From: a virus
Lineage: Duplodnaviria; Heunggongvirae; Uroviricota; Caudoviricetes
Length of the DNA: 64,000 bases
IMG/VR virus record: IMGVR_UViG_3300012933_000323
Location: 62,432 to 126,431 of that record
Direction: 5' to 3' (one strand)
Positions 1-8,671 of the stretch are shown here, piece after piece; within the stretch, counting starts at the first letter, position 1, and every line of letters begins with the position of its first letter. The translations under genes and the position numbers were made by a program. The notes beneath the pieces were generated by a model. It ran no database searches, was not told where the DNA came from, and worked only from the letters and a program-made list of their open reading frames with translations.

Positions 1-948
1 CTGGATCTCTTCAATGACTTAGAAATTCAGTACCTTGATAGCAATGGTAACACGCGTGCTCGCAACATTCCTGTCAAATACAGTTCAATTGAAAAGCACA
101 AAGAGCTTGACAATTACAGTACAGAGCAATTACTTTCTGGTAATACAAATGTATTACCTAGAGCATCTCTTGCGCTAAGCACAATGATCAAGGCTGAGCA
201 ACGAATTCAGAACAAAAATCTTAAGATAAACAAAGTAAAGAAAGAGAGTGCATTTGAATATATGTACAACTCTGTGCCTTACGAATTTACATTTGAATTA
301 GCTGTGATGTGCCGTGGAATGAACGAGGCAGCAATGGTGATTGAACAGATTGCTCCAAAGTTTAACCCAATTGTCAATATTGATGTATGGGATGCTGAGA
401 ATCTACATGAACCAACTCGTATCCCAGTCAAGTTACTGGACATCGGCATTGAATCAAACGAGTACGATGAACTAAGTTCTAACATCGTAACGGTCAATAT
501 TGGTCTATCAATAATGGGTAACTTATACCCACCAATCAAATCAGTTGAACGTGTTAAAGAATACAAGATCTACATGGCTGACCAAGTTGATGATAAGTTT
601 AAAAGAACAACGGCATTTAACTTTGATATCCAATCTGATGGTTCAACACTATTGACAGAAGATATTCATCTAGCATATCCAAACACGTACGCACCTAATA
701 TTATAGACATTGTTGGTTTCAATGTTAATATTGGCAACAATATCTTAACGGTTATCTTTGATGATAAAGATAACAAAGATGGCGAGTTACGATTTGATTG
801 GATTGTTATAGGCAATGCTTCAATTATACCTACCCGTGAAACTGCTACATTAACCGTACATGCTGCTGGCGATGTAGAAGTACAATGTACAGTGTATGAT
901 TCATTCAATAATTACTCATCGTATTCTAAGGTATTTACTGTGCCGTAA
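1..948 (+). CDS. 5'-truncated virion structural-like protein (tail tube/baseplate gp19-fold-like, tentative); the frame is open from window position 1 into ORF 184..948
   Basis: Frame 1 reads without a stop from nt 1 through the ATG at 184. It carries beta-rich FxFxL motifs loosely reminiscent of gp19/gp48/gp54 tube proteins and is followed by a hairpin terminator. Confidence 0.3.
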   Translation: MDLFNDLEIQYLDSNGNTRARNIPVKYSSIEKHKELDNYSTEQLLSGNTNVLPRASLALSTMIKAEQRIQNKNLKINKVKKESAFEYMYNSVPYEFTFELAVMCRGMNEAAMVIEQIAPKFNPIVNIDVWDAENLHEPTRIPVKLLDIGIESNEYDELSSNIVTVNIGLSIMGNLYPPIKSVERVKEYKIYMADQVDDKFKRTTAFNFDIQSDGSTLLTEDIHLAYPNTYAPNIIDIVGFNVNIGNNILTVIFDDKDNKDGELRFDWIVIGNASIIPTRETATLTVHAAGDVEVQCTVYDSFNNYSSYSKVFTVP

Positions 949-970
949 TTTAAAATACTTGCAGACAACA

Positions 971-998
971 AAGGGAAGCATAAGCTTCCCTTTTTATT
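971..998 (+). terminator. intrinsic terminator (AAGGGAAGC-ATAA-GCTTCCCTT followed by TTTTTATTT)
   Basis: Perfect 9-bp inverted repeat with a 4-nt loop and a T-run, directly after the stop at 948. Confidence 0.5.
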
Positions 999-1011
999 TC
1001 ACTTGAATTTG

Positions 1012-1317
1012 TTAAACTACAATTCGATCAGGATTGTCAAGGATGATACCTGTCGTTGCTTGGATGTACACAGTGTATGCATCTTTAAACTCGTCCAGTG
1101 GTACTGTCCATAGAATGTTCATTGGATGAATTTGGATTGCTCCTGGTGCTGTCGTCATAACATCAACCATGTATGGCATAATGTTACCATTCTTGGCAGT
1201 GAACGGTTTCTTAATTAAGATTTCCGTTACGCCTGATTCTGTTAGAATCGTCTCACATTCGCCAAACACAACTTCGTTGTTGATAAGTTTGAAGAATCTC
1301 TTTCCTACTTCTGCCAT
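1012..1317 (-). CDS. hypothetical protein
   Basis: 101-aa ORF, tightly spaced after ORF 1327..1509. Confidence 0.45.
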   Translation of the reverse strand: MAEVGKRFFKLINNEVVFGECETILTESGVTEILIKKPFTAKNGNIMPYMVDVMTTAPGAIQIHPMNILWTVPLDEFKDAYTVYIQATTGIILDNPDRIVV

Positions 1318-1326
1318 ATAATCCTT

Positions 1327-1509
1327 TTAGTCTTCCCACTTTTCTGATTCGCATTTCTCGCAATTGACCTTTTTATGTGTCTTGCATTTCTTGCCTTTTT
1401 GCGAATGCTTCTCATATCTTTGCACCATATCCAACTTATTATCTACGGATGCAATATCTGCTGATGTGGTTTCTTCAGCTAGATCTTTTAGATATTTCTT
1501 GAACTTCAT
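1327..1509 (-). CDS. small Cys-containing hypothetical protein
   Basis: 60-aa ORF with CKTHKKVNCEKCE; a late promoter lies about 45 nt upstream. Confidence 0.4.
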   Translation of the reverse strand: MKFKKYLKDLAEETTSADIASVDNKLDMVQRYEKHSQKGKKCKTHKKVNCEKCESEKWED

Positions 1510-1555
1510 ATAAATCCTCTGCTTATTACGTTATATCAAGGTTGATTTAAAAAAT

Positions 1556-1563
1556 ATTTATAT
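1556..1563 (-). promoter_or_regulatory. T4-type late promoter box TATAAATA (minus strand)
   Basis: The plus strand reads tatttata, so the minus strand reads TATAAATA about 45 nt upstream of the ATG at 1509. This is the T4 late promoter consensus. Confidence 0.4.
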
Positions 1564-1564
1564 T

Positions 1565-2074
1565 TTATGATAGCTGTTGGCAGAAAATTAGAGAGTAACT
1601 TTCTTTGAGTAAATTCAAATAGTATTTCTCTAATCCAACATTTGTAGGAGTTTCTATAACAAGGTCATTGCCTTTGATGCATGTCGTGGTATGTGTATTT
1701 CGCGGTGCTTGGATTGCGTAGATTTCAACACTCTCTATCATTAGTTCATTCATTGTCCTAATAATTTTGTCATTCGTAGCGTCGGCTCCTAAGCCACGTT
1801 TATATTGACCCATTCTTGAATAAAAGCCACCACCGCCACCAGCTTTTCCGACTTTTAGAATGTCGTCTTTATAAACCATGAAATAGACTACGTCGCCAAG
1901 TGCTAACATTTCTTGGCGATTAATTGCATGATCGAAGTCTATTTTATCGCCATGTAATTTAAATGATCCGAGATAAATTTGTTTTCTAATTGTCTCCAGC
2001 ATCCACCGTTTCCATAAAAGTATATCTTTATTTATCCAAAGATATACACCCACGCCGGAATTCCACCGGCTCAC
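1565..2074 (-). CDS. GIY-YIG-like nuclease (Endo II/DenA-like, tentative)
   Basis: VVYFMVYKDDILKVGKAG...YSRMGQYKRG resembles the GIY...YIG...R block of T4 endonuclease II (VIYAIAINDELVYIGKTKNLRKRINYYR). Confidence 0.3.
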   Translation of the reverse strand: MSRWNSGVGVYLWINKDILLWKRWMLETIRKQIYLGSFKLHGDKIDFDHAINRQEMLALGDVVYFMVYKDDILKVGKAGGGGGFYSRMGQYKRGLGADATNDKIIRTMNELMIESVEIYAIQAPRNTHTTTCIKGNDLVIETPTNVGLEKYYLNLLKESYSLIFCQQLS

Positions 2075-2084
2075 TTAATCTATG

Positions 2085-2621
2085 TTAAGTGTTTAACCAA
2101 TCTGGTTGGTTGCGCTTCGTGTACTTAGATTGATCTTTCTTAGCACCACGATAATAAGCACGATATGCTTGAACAGAATCATCAGTACGGTAAATGTCAG
2201 GCATTGCCTGTGGCATTTTTGTTGTACCAATATCTTTGATATTTCGTGGAGGTTGGCTAAGAATTACTGCAAGCTTAGTGCATGTAGCGTGAACCTTGCC
2301 ATATCTGAACGTGTACTCGTGGCAAAGACTTACGAAAAGGCGATAAAGCCACATGTAATTATCTTTGGATTCACGTGCCCATACGTTAGATGGGTGGTTC
2401 ATATGAGTCGCTTTGTACAAACGTCCTTCCATGAATTCATCATTCATTTTCCAACGTTTGATTTTACGACCAGTGCTTTGATCAATGTACTGCTCACCAT
2501 CAATAACACGATGTGCAGTACTCAACAGCTGAGCTGTCTCGAGAATCATTTTCACGACATGTTTGTCATGGTGATACTCGGCAGCCAGCTGCGGATCCTT
2601 ATCAAGGAAGAAGACGTTCAT
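2085..2621 (-). CDS. conserved hypothetical phage protein (FLDKDPQLAAEYHHDKHVVKMILETAQLL motif)
   Basis: 178-aa ORF with a motif I recognise as conserved in phages but cannot place in a named family. Confidence 0.45.
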   Translation of the reverse strand: MNVFFLDKDPQLAAEYHHDKHVVKMILETAQLLSTAHRVIDGEQYIDQSTGRKIKRWKMNDEFMEGRLYKATHMNHPSNVWARESKDNYMWLYRLFVSLCHEYTFRYGKVHATCTKLAVILSQPPRNIKDIGTTKMPQAMPDIYRTDDSVQAYRAYYRGAKKDQSKYTKRNQPDWLNT

Positions 2622-3031
2622 TATGCTTGCGCTTCTTTAGCAGCTTTAGCGGCAGCACGTGCTTCACGCTTACGAATAGCATCTTTGCTCATTGAGAGTG
2701 ACTTTGTTGGTTTCATATCAGCAGGAATTTCTGCAACAGCTGGAATTGTTTTAGAAACCTTTTCAACTTTAGGCTTCTTAACTTTCTGTGGTTTAACCAA
2801 TGTTGGGTTGTTCACTGCGTTCTTAGATGTACCCATCGCTGTTGCACGAACAGTATCAAAACCGCGTACGCCACAAGTGGTATCTTCATTGAAAAACCAA
2901 CCTTCTTTCAAAGTAACGATGATGCTGTTACCTTGACTACGCTCATCAGAAATATTAGCAACCCAAGAACGAGCAGCGATGAATTCAAAAATTTTGTTTG
3001 CTTTAGACATGATGTTTCCTTTTCGGTACAA
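2621..3031 (-). CDS. basic protein with a Lys/Ala-rich C-terminal tail (DNA/RNA-binding candidate)
   Basis: The C terminus reads KPQKVKKPKVEKVSK...KREARAAAKAAKEAQA and the ORF is driven by an early-type promoter. Confidence 0.4.
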   Translation of the reverse strand: MYRKGNIMSKANKIFEFIAARSWVANISDERSQGNSIIVTLKEGWFFNEDTTCGVRGFDTVRATAMGTSKNAVNNPTLVKPQKVKKPKVEKVSKTIPAVAEIPADMKPTKSLSMSKDAIRKREARAAAKAAKEAQA

Positions 3032-3072
3032 GTTTAAGAAAATCGAATTGCGTTTTGCGATTCGATAAGATT

Positions 3073-3101
3073 ATTATATCATGCATTTCGTACTTGTACA
3101 C
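3073..3101 (-). promoter_or_regulatory. early-type promoter (minus strand) GTGTAC-17-TGATATAAT
   Basis: The reverse complement shows -35 GTGTAC, a 17-nt spacer and an extended -10 TGATATAAT, about 45 nt upstream of the ATG at 3031. Confidence 0.45.
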
Positions 3102-3144
3102 AGAATTTAGAAATTTTTGTGAAAAAACTATAAAAAATCTTAAT

Positions 3145-3164
3145 GTGTATCAAAAATGATACAC
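3145..3164. promoter_or_regulatory. 20-bp perfect palindrome GTGTATCAAAAATGATACAC (candidate operator/UP-associated site)
   Basis: It lies about 75 bp upstream of the -10 at 3076. A second copy sits at 35978..35995 in the same position relative to another early promoter. Confidence 0.4.
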
Positions 3165-3173
3165 TTTTAAGAA

Positions 3174-3401
3174 TTAATCGTAATTGTCGTCTTCATCATT
3201 ATCAAAACTATCACGATCATCAAAATCTTGATAGTCTAATGTATCAGCAACATCAGTGTCAATAGGGAAGTCATTGGAGATCATCATATCTTTAACATCA
3301 GCCTCAGACATATATTCTAGACATGCTTGGATGGCGACATCTTTATCTACTGTGCCATCTTCAACTAATTCTAATAGACGTGTTGTATATTTACGTGACA
3401 T
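3174..3401 (-). CDS. small acidic hypothetical protein
   Basis: 75-aa ORF with a highly acidic C terminus (DFDDRDSFDNDEDDNYD). Confidence 0.4.
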   Translation of the reverse strand: MSRKYTTRLLELVEDGTVDKDVAIQACLEYMSEADVKDMMISNDFPIDTDVADTLDYQDFDDRDSFDNDEDDNYD

Positions 3402-3402
3402 A

Positions 3403-3726
3403 TTAATCCTTTTTCAAATAATTTTTTACGTATCCTTCAAGGACACGTGCTTTACCGTCAGCCTTTGCGATCATTTCATGTAGAATACCAGACGTGTAAC
3501 CGCTGGTGCCTTCTGCATCTTTGTGCACGGTGTATGTACTACCGGAATATCCATAGAAGTGAATAAGATCACCATCTACTTCTACACCAGAAACTCCAGA
3601 GTTTAGACGCCATGAATCGCCTGTAGTATAACCACCTCGCCATGTGCCAAACACCTTAAGAAGTTTCTCTCCGTCTGGTGTATCAATCTCAATAACTTTC
3701 CAACCGTCTGGGTTGTATGTACTCAT
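3403..3726 (-). CDS. hypothetical protein
   Basis: 107-aa ORF whose end overlaps the neighbouring gene by 4 nt. Confidence 0.45.
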   Translation of the reverse strand: MSTYNPDGWKVIEIDTPDGEKLLKVFGTWRGGYTTGDSWRLNSGVSGVEVDGDLIHFYGYSGSTYTVHKDAEGTSGYTSGILHEMIAKADGKARVLEGYVKNYLKKD

Positions 3727-3947
3727 GAATTTACTACCTTTACACTAATCATTTTAAAATAACCTGGAAGCGTTTGGTAGTTTTCAACTACTTGGACATG
3801 ATCAGGATATGATTTACGTAATAGATCTTTATCTTCTGGTGAAGCATAAAAGATAGCATCAAACAATGCCTGTTTGAATGCATCAGCATTTCCATTCATG
3901 TAATCAAAAAATTCAAACTCTACAGGCTCAGCAAAATATTCACTCAT
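3723..3947 (-). CDS. hypothetical protein
   Basis: 74-aa ORF. Confidence 0.4.
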   Translation of the reverse strand: MSEYFAEPVEFEFFDYMNGNADAFKQALFDAIFYASPEDKDLLRKSYPDHVQVVENYQTLPGYFKMISVKVVNS

Positions 3948-3963
3948 TTAGTTACTCCGTTCA

Positions 3964-3971
3964 TATAAATA
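3964..3971 (+). promoter_or_regulatory. T4-type late promoter TATAAATA (plus strand) upstream of terminase
   Basis: TATAAATA sits 37 nt before the ATG at 4008, and a GGAAGG ribosome-binding site is at 3997. Confidence 0.45.
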
Positions 3972-4007
3972 CATTATACCATAAGAAAAATTAAAAATGG
4001 AAGGAAC

Positions 4008-5834
4008 ATGAGTCTACAACAAATAATTGATCAAAAGACCATAGACTATCTTAAAGCTAATAAACAAGACATCACGCTAGATTTGCTTGATGCTTTAAGA
4101 GAACATGGCAATCCTGGCAAGCAAATTGCTTTGGACATTCTTGATCTAGAAAAAGACAACGAACAATATTACTTAGATGCATTCGGAAACAGAATGTCGT
4201 TCAACGGTAACCGTCGTCTTAAAAAAGCATTCTCTAAATTATCAATATCCAAGATCCATGAATTGGAGATGGAGCGATGCGCAAATGACATTCATTACTT
4301 TAAAGACAACTACGTAAGAATTAAGACAAAGTCTGGAGTAAACTTCCCAGATCTTAGAGAATACCAAGACGACTTTATTAACAGTATCAAACCTGATGAG
4401 AACGAAGATAACATTGGATTGATGGGCCGACAATCTGGTAAATCCATTTCAACAGCTATTTATCTATCACATAAGTTCAACTTCAGTAAAGATATTAACA
4501 TCGGCATCGTAGGTAACAAGGGTGCGCAAGCTCGTGAATTCTTAGCAAACACAAAGAACATTTTGATTGAACTTCCGATATGGATGCAACAAGGCGTTAA
4601 CGTGTGGAATAAAGGTTCAATTGAAAATGAATCAAAAATGCGTATCCTTACAGACGTGCCAAACTCTGACGCATTCCGTGGTTACACAATTGCAATTTTA
4701 GTTGTTGACGAATGTGCGTTCATTAAGTCAACAGTTTGGGACGAATTCGCTGATTCCATTTTCCCATCACAATCTGGTCTTGCGTGGAAGAAGAACATCA
4801 TCTTAAGCACCGCTAACGGTATGAACCACTTCTACCAAATGGTTAAGGGTGCACGTGATGAATCAAACGGAATGAATATCTTTGAGGTAAATTGGAAAGA
4901 CGTTCCAAGATACAATCCTGACGGTTCACAAATGAAACCAGAAGAGTTCATGGAAAAGATTGTTAAAAAGCATGGTATCATTTACTTTAACCAAAACTAC
5001 GCAAACGAATTCTTAGGTTCATCATATACGTTGATCTCAGCAGCCAAACTTGGCGAAATGGTGCCAGCGGAGATTCAAAGAATTCGTGACGGTAAGTTAA
5101 ATATCTATCATGAAGCTGAGCCTGGTCATAAATACATTATGTCTGTTGATCCTGCTAAAGATGGCACTGATGCGTTCGCAGTTCAGATTGTTGACATCAC
5201 TGACTTCCACTTTAAGCAAGTGGCAACTGCACAACTGCAGATTGACTATCTATTGATGCCAGAATTTATTGATGAGTGGGGCAGAGAATATAACAATGCT
5301 TACTTAATCATTGAAAACAACGAAGGTGCAGGACAGTCAATTGCAGACCAAATGTTTCAAACTTATGAGTACGAAAACTTACACTTCGACAAAGATGTAG
5401 GTCGTAATAAGAGAAAGAAATACCCAGGCTTTAGAACTACATCTAAATCACGCAAACAAATTCTTCAAACATTGAAGCTGTTTATTGAGAACGACAAATT
5501 AGATGTGAACGACAAAAAGACCATCAATGAATTTTACCAATTCATTTTGATCAATAGTAAGTTCCAAGCTGATGATGGTGCACACGACGATATGATTATG
5601 TCATTAGCATTAATCTTCGTTCCGTTCTGTAATACGAAGAACTTTGAAGATATGAAAGCACTAGTAAAAAATCTATATGACGATGATTTACCAGATGCTG
5701 AAAAGGTTGACTTCGGCGAACTACTTACCATTGGTAGTTTTGACGATGGTGCCGAAGAGGAAGAAGTACAAGTAAGAATGCAAGAACTATGGAATGGTTC
5801 CGTTATTGAAGATGGTGGTTTCTTTACTGACTAA
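4008..5834 (+). CDS. terL: terminase large subunit (T4 gp17 family)
   Basis: Blocks LREYQDDF, Walker A MGRQSGKS, WNKGSIE, Walker B ILVVDECAFI and NGMNHFY, plus a C-terminal nuclease DDGAHDDMIMSLAL, closely match T4 gp17 (LRDYQRDM, SRQLGKT, WNKGSIE, IDECAFI, NGLNHFY). Confidence 0.9.
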   Translation: MSLQQIIDQKTIDYLKANKQDITLDLLDALREHGNPGKQIALDILDLEKDNEQYYLDAFGNRMSFNGNRRLKKAFSKLSISKIHELEMERCANDIHYFKDNYVRIKTKSGVNFPDLREYQDDFINSIKPDENEDNIGLMGRQSGKSISTAIYLSHKFNFSKDINIGIVGNKGAQAREFLANTKNILIELPIWMQQGVNVWNKGSIENESKMRILTDVPNSDAFRGYTIAILVVDECAFIKSTVWDEFADSIFPSQSGLAWKKNIILSTANGMNHFYQMVKGARDESNGMNIFEVNWKDVPRYNPDGSQMKPEEFMEKIVKKHGIIYFNQNYANEFLGSSYTLISAAKLGEMVPAEIQRIRDGKLNIYHEAEPGHKYIMSVDPAKDGTDAFAVQIVDITDFHFKQVATAQLQIDYLLMPEFIDEWGREYNNAYLIIENNEGAGQSIADQMFQTYEYENLHFDKDVGRNKRKKYPGFRTTSKSRKQILQTLKLFIENDKLDVNDKKTINEFYQFILINSKFQADDGAHDDMIMSLALIFVPFCNTKNFEDMKALVKNLYDDDLPDAEKVDFGELLTIGSFDDGAEEEEVQVRMQELWNGSVIEDGGFFTD

Positions 5835-6049
5835 AATCTTTCAGATAGATACTTTAAATAGTAGAAGTTGCGGACTAAGACATCAAGACGATCATCGCTG
5901 ATTTCCTTAATGTCTATTCCGTCTTCTTTGTATTTATTAATGATCTTCCAGCCTTCCCACTTAGGGAATTCTTTTCGATTGATGCCGACATAGTTGTAGT
6001 ACAACCTATCGGTCTTTATCAACACAGCACTAAAGTATTCTTCAAACAA
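5831..6049 (-). CDS. hypothetical protein
   Basis: 72-aa ORF convergent with the terminase gene. Confidence 0.35.
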   Translation of the reverse strand: MFEEYFSAVLIKTDRLYYNYVGINRKEFPKWEGWKIINKYKEDGIDIKEISDDRLDVLVRNFYYLKYLSERF

Positions 6050-6089
6050 AATCTTATCCTATTTTTATTATTATTTATTTGCTTGAGAA

Positions 6090-6686
6090 TTAAGCACCAC
6101 GACGTACTTTTACCATGTGGCGACCTTTCTTAACGGCGGTAGCTCTTGATTTTTGGTAAGATGCTAGTCTCTTCTTGTTAATTCTGTAGAACTTTTTGCG
6201 CTTTGACATGTTCTTACGATTAGCTTTTTTACGAGCAGCTAGACCTTTTCTTAAATCGGCCTTTGTCTTCTTAAAGAATTTGCGCTTCTTACGGTTGAAG
6301 TTCTTGCGCTTCATGACACGACCAACAGCTTCATCCATTTCTTCAGATTCGCCAGACTCGTCATCAAGTTCAATACTATCCCAATCAAAACCATCTTCTT
6401 CTTCGTCAGGCAATAACAAGTCAAGAATATCAACGTAGTATTCAGGACCTAATGTAGCAATCATTTCCTTAACATCGTCAATGTTAAAGTCTTCATAATT
6501 GTCATCTGGATTGTCTTCGTCGTCAAAGAATTCATAATACAATACGTATGCAAAAGCGAAGATTTCATCCTCACTTAGATCGGCTAATTCGCCATTAATT
6601 AGCGCAAGAAGTTGGCTATCTGACAAATAGTCCTCGCCATCTTCTTCCAATAGAAATTGTCTAAACTTACCCATAGTTTTCTCCAA
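6090..6686 (-). CDS. bipartite acidic-N/very-basic-C protein (late gene; virion internal/DNA-binding candidate)
   Basis: The N-terminal half is rich in D/E (DDEDNPDDNYEDF) and the C-terminal 75 aa is about 45% K/R. The track start at 6686 is TTG; an ATG (MGKFRQ) at 6674 is the more likely start, lying 22 nt after the late box. Confidence 0.5.
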   Translation of the reverse strand: MEKTMGKFRQFLLEEDGEDYLSDSQLLALINGELADLSEDEIFAFAYVLYYEFFDDEDNPDDNYEDFNIDDVKEMIATLGPEYYVDILDLLLPDEEEDGFDWDSIELDDESGESEEMDEAVGRVMKRKNFNRKKRKFFKKTKADLRKGLAARKKANRKNMSKRKKFYRINKKRLASYQKSRATAVKKGRHMVKVRRGA

Positions 6687-6696
6687 CGGTTTATTT

Positions 6697-6704
6697 TATT
6701 TATA
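6697..6704 (-). promoter_or_regulatory. T4-type late promoter TATAAATA (minus strand)
   Basis: The reverse complement reads ggTATAAATAaaataaaccgttGGAGaaaactATG. Confidence 0.5.
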
Positions 6705-6705
6705 C

Positions 6706-6738
6706 CGGAAAAGACAAAGGCCACCCGAAGGTGACCTT
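6706..6738 (-). terminator. intrinsic terminator with UUCG tetraloop (minus strand)
   Basis: The RNA AAGGUCACC-UUCG-GGUGGCCUU forms a 9-bp stem (one G.U pair) followed by UGUCUUUUCC, just downstream of the helicase stop at 6825. Confidence 0.55.
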
Positions 6739-6824
6739 GCCCGAGAGGATGATATAGGAATTAGGTAAGGTTTATAAGACCCCTAAGCTATAATGTCTAA
6801 TATAATATGATAACGCCTAAGGAA

Positions 6825-8384
6825 TTAGATACCTAATTCGGCATATAGCTTATCAATATCATTGTCAAAAGGATCCTTCTTCTGAGTATCAGCAGACATT
6901 ATCTTTTGAACGTCCTCTCTAACGATTGCCTTGATTTCGTTTTTCGCGAATTCTTCGGCTGATTTTTGTTTTGTTGAAGTAATGACCCCAAAGTCATCTA
7001 GAATAGACGCCTTAGGCACGGGTGAATCCAATCCAAGAGTCGCTTCGATGTTCAGATCAACCTGTCCTTGGACGAGCATATCATTGAACCGCATGTGTTC
7101 ATAATCAATATTCATTAACCAAGTATCGGTACGACCTGCAAAACGGTTCTTAGTAATCTTACAGACAATTTCCTTTCTTTCCTTCATTTCTTCGTTTTGA
7201 AGTAAGAACATCAAAAAGTCAGCAGTCATTACCGTTCCCATAGAATCGGATACGTTCGAGTTATCCGCTTCATCAATGTTGTTCGTTGCCGAACGGTTCA
7301 ATTGAGAAGCTGAGATAATAGGTACATCCATCTTTTTTGCAGAAGCTCTGGTTTCTTCAGCAATAGATTTGATATAACTATACAGTCCAGCTGATGGGCT
7401 CAGCAGATCTGATTTCATAATGCCAAGATAGTCAACAAAGACTGCGTCAAACTTAATGTTTTTCTCAATCCTAAATGATTCTACCAAGGCTTCCAACATA
7501 AGTGGACTAAATGAGCCTGACGGATAATCCTTAACATAGAACTTGCCACATGTACCAGAAGTTTTCATTTTCTGATATGCGCTAAGAACCATTTCTTTTG
7601 TTACGATTGGTCTATCAAGTTTAGCTAGTTCACCTGCTGTCTTATTCAAATCCAACAAACTATTGATTGGTAAATCCATAGCGTTAGCGTGAACACGTTT
7701 CATGATCTCTTTGTCAGCCATTTCTAAAGAGACCAATAAAATATTTTTGTTATCTTTAATCATACCAGAAATCAAGTCTGTCATCATCAAAGATTTACCT
7801 ACACCGGATGCAGCGAGGATAATTGACAAAGTACCAGGTAAGAAACCTGGGCCAAGTCGTTTGTTCAATTCATTATGCTGTGTGCGAACACCAATCATTC
7901 GTTCGCTATAATATTGAATCATTTGTTCAATATCATCAAAGTCTAAACCAAGATCAGTATCAATACTAATCTTTGCACGCTCATCCATAATCTTTTGAGC
8001 TTTAAGCTTTAGATTATCGTCCTTCTTCATCAGACCATCTGAACCAACTTGGAGAGCTTCCATGTACATTGCATCTTTAACCCAAGACACGGTCTCGTCA
8101 CAGAGAAATTCAATGTTTTGTACTTCTTCTGTCGAACTTACGGTCTGCAAAGACTTGATTACTTCAGCACGAATCTCTGCATTTGAGACGTTCTTAACTT
8201 TGGCTACAAGTTCAGTCAATGATGGGATGTTGCGGTACTCGCCATAGTACTCTTGCACCAAGTTAAATAGTTCTTGGTTACCGATGTCAACAAAATATTT
8301 TTTCTTGAGGATGGGCATAACTTTACCAAAGAACTCGCCGTTATGGGTAAGCTTCTTCAGCAAAATTGGTTCAAATACATTCAT
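6825..8384 (-). CDS. 41: replicative DNA helicase, DnaB family (T4 gp41-like)
   Basis: Walker A AASGVGKSLMMTDL, SLEMADKEIMKRVHANAM (compare DnaB SLEM..QL..R), Walker B VFVDYLG and the arginine-finger region ISASQLNRS are present. Confidence 0.85.
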   Translation of the reverse strand: MNVFEPILLKKLTHNGEFFGKVMPILKKKYFVDIGNQELFNLVQEYYGEYRNIPSLTELVAKVKNVSNAEIRAEVIKSLQTVSSTEEVQNIEFLCDETVSWVKDAMYMEALQVGSDGLMKKDDNLKLKAQKIMDERAKISIDTDLGLDFDDIEQMIQYYSERMIGVRTQHNELNKRLGPGFLPGTLSIILAASGVGKSLMMTDLISGMIKDNKNILLVSLEMADKEIMKRVHANAMDLPINSLLDLNKTAGELAKLDRPIVTKEMVLSAYQKMKTSGTCGKFYVKDYPSGSFSPLMLEALVESFRIEKNIKFDAVFVDYLGIMKSDLLSPSAGLYSYIKSIAEETRASAKKMDVPIISASQLNRSATNNIDEADNSNVSDSMGTVMTADFLMFLLQNEEMKERKEIVCKITKNRFAGRTDTWLMNIDYEHMRFNDMLVQGQVDLNIEATLGLDSPVPKASILDDFGVITSTKQKSAEEFAKNEIKAIVREDVQKIMSADTQKKDPFDNDIDKLYAELGI

Positions 8385-8419
8385 TAATTATTCCTAGCAC
8401 TGTTTACGCGATTTCTATA

Positions 8420-8448
8420 ATTATAACATTGCACCGTTTAAATAAACA
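8420..8448 (-). promoter_or_regulatory. early-type promoter GTTTAT-16-TGTTATAAT (minus strand)
   Basis: The reverse complement shows the T4 early consensus (-35 GTTTAC-like, extended -10), about 36 nt upstream of the helicase ATG. Confidence 0.45.
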
Positions 8449-8671
8449 TTTCAGGATTATCAAGTTTAGCAATTTTTACTTGATCAGTAACAACAAAAAT
8501 ATCTGAACTATGACGGTTACATTCGCTCTTTAGATCTTTACCGTATTTGCATGTTACGCTCTTTGGCATCAGCCTTGTAACTTTGCCAATATGCAGGCCG
8601 GATGAATTTGGTGGATTGAACGCAATCCAATCACCGATCTCAATTTCTTGATACATGCAATCAATTGTCAT
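8438..8671 (-). CDS. small beta-barrel (KOW/SH3-like) protein, paralog of 10686..10913
   Basis: IEIGDWIAFNPPNSSGLHIGKVTRL aligns with VKVGDTIAFPASGTMMKAVVKQI in the second copy. Confidence 0.35.
   Translation of the reverse strand: MTIDCMYQEIEIGDWIAFNPPNSSGLHIGKVTRLMPKSVTCKYGKDLKSECNRHSSDIFVVTDQVKIAKLDNPEMFI

Noticed and set aside
2106-2936. Long plus-strand ORFs (for example 2106..2936, 54260..54580, 57184..57594, 61789..62408) antisense to minus-strand genes
   Set aside because: They overlap well-supported minus-strand genes that have recognisable domains, operon structure and promoters. They are low-complexity, stop-poor shadow frames typical of AT-rich DNA.
6686-6686. Start codon of ORF 6090..6686 and of 63400..63915 as given by the track
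   Set aside because: Both track starts are TTG translated as Met. In-frame ATGs a few codons downstream (6674 and about 63879) fit the ribosome-binding site and promoter spacing better. Other track starts may be similarly over-extended.
6755-6821. Repeated AGGAATTAG motif (two copies about 50 nt apart) downstream of the helicase gene
   Set aside because: Only two short copies in an AT-rich spacer. It could be chance, so I note it but do not call it a feature.
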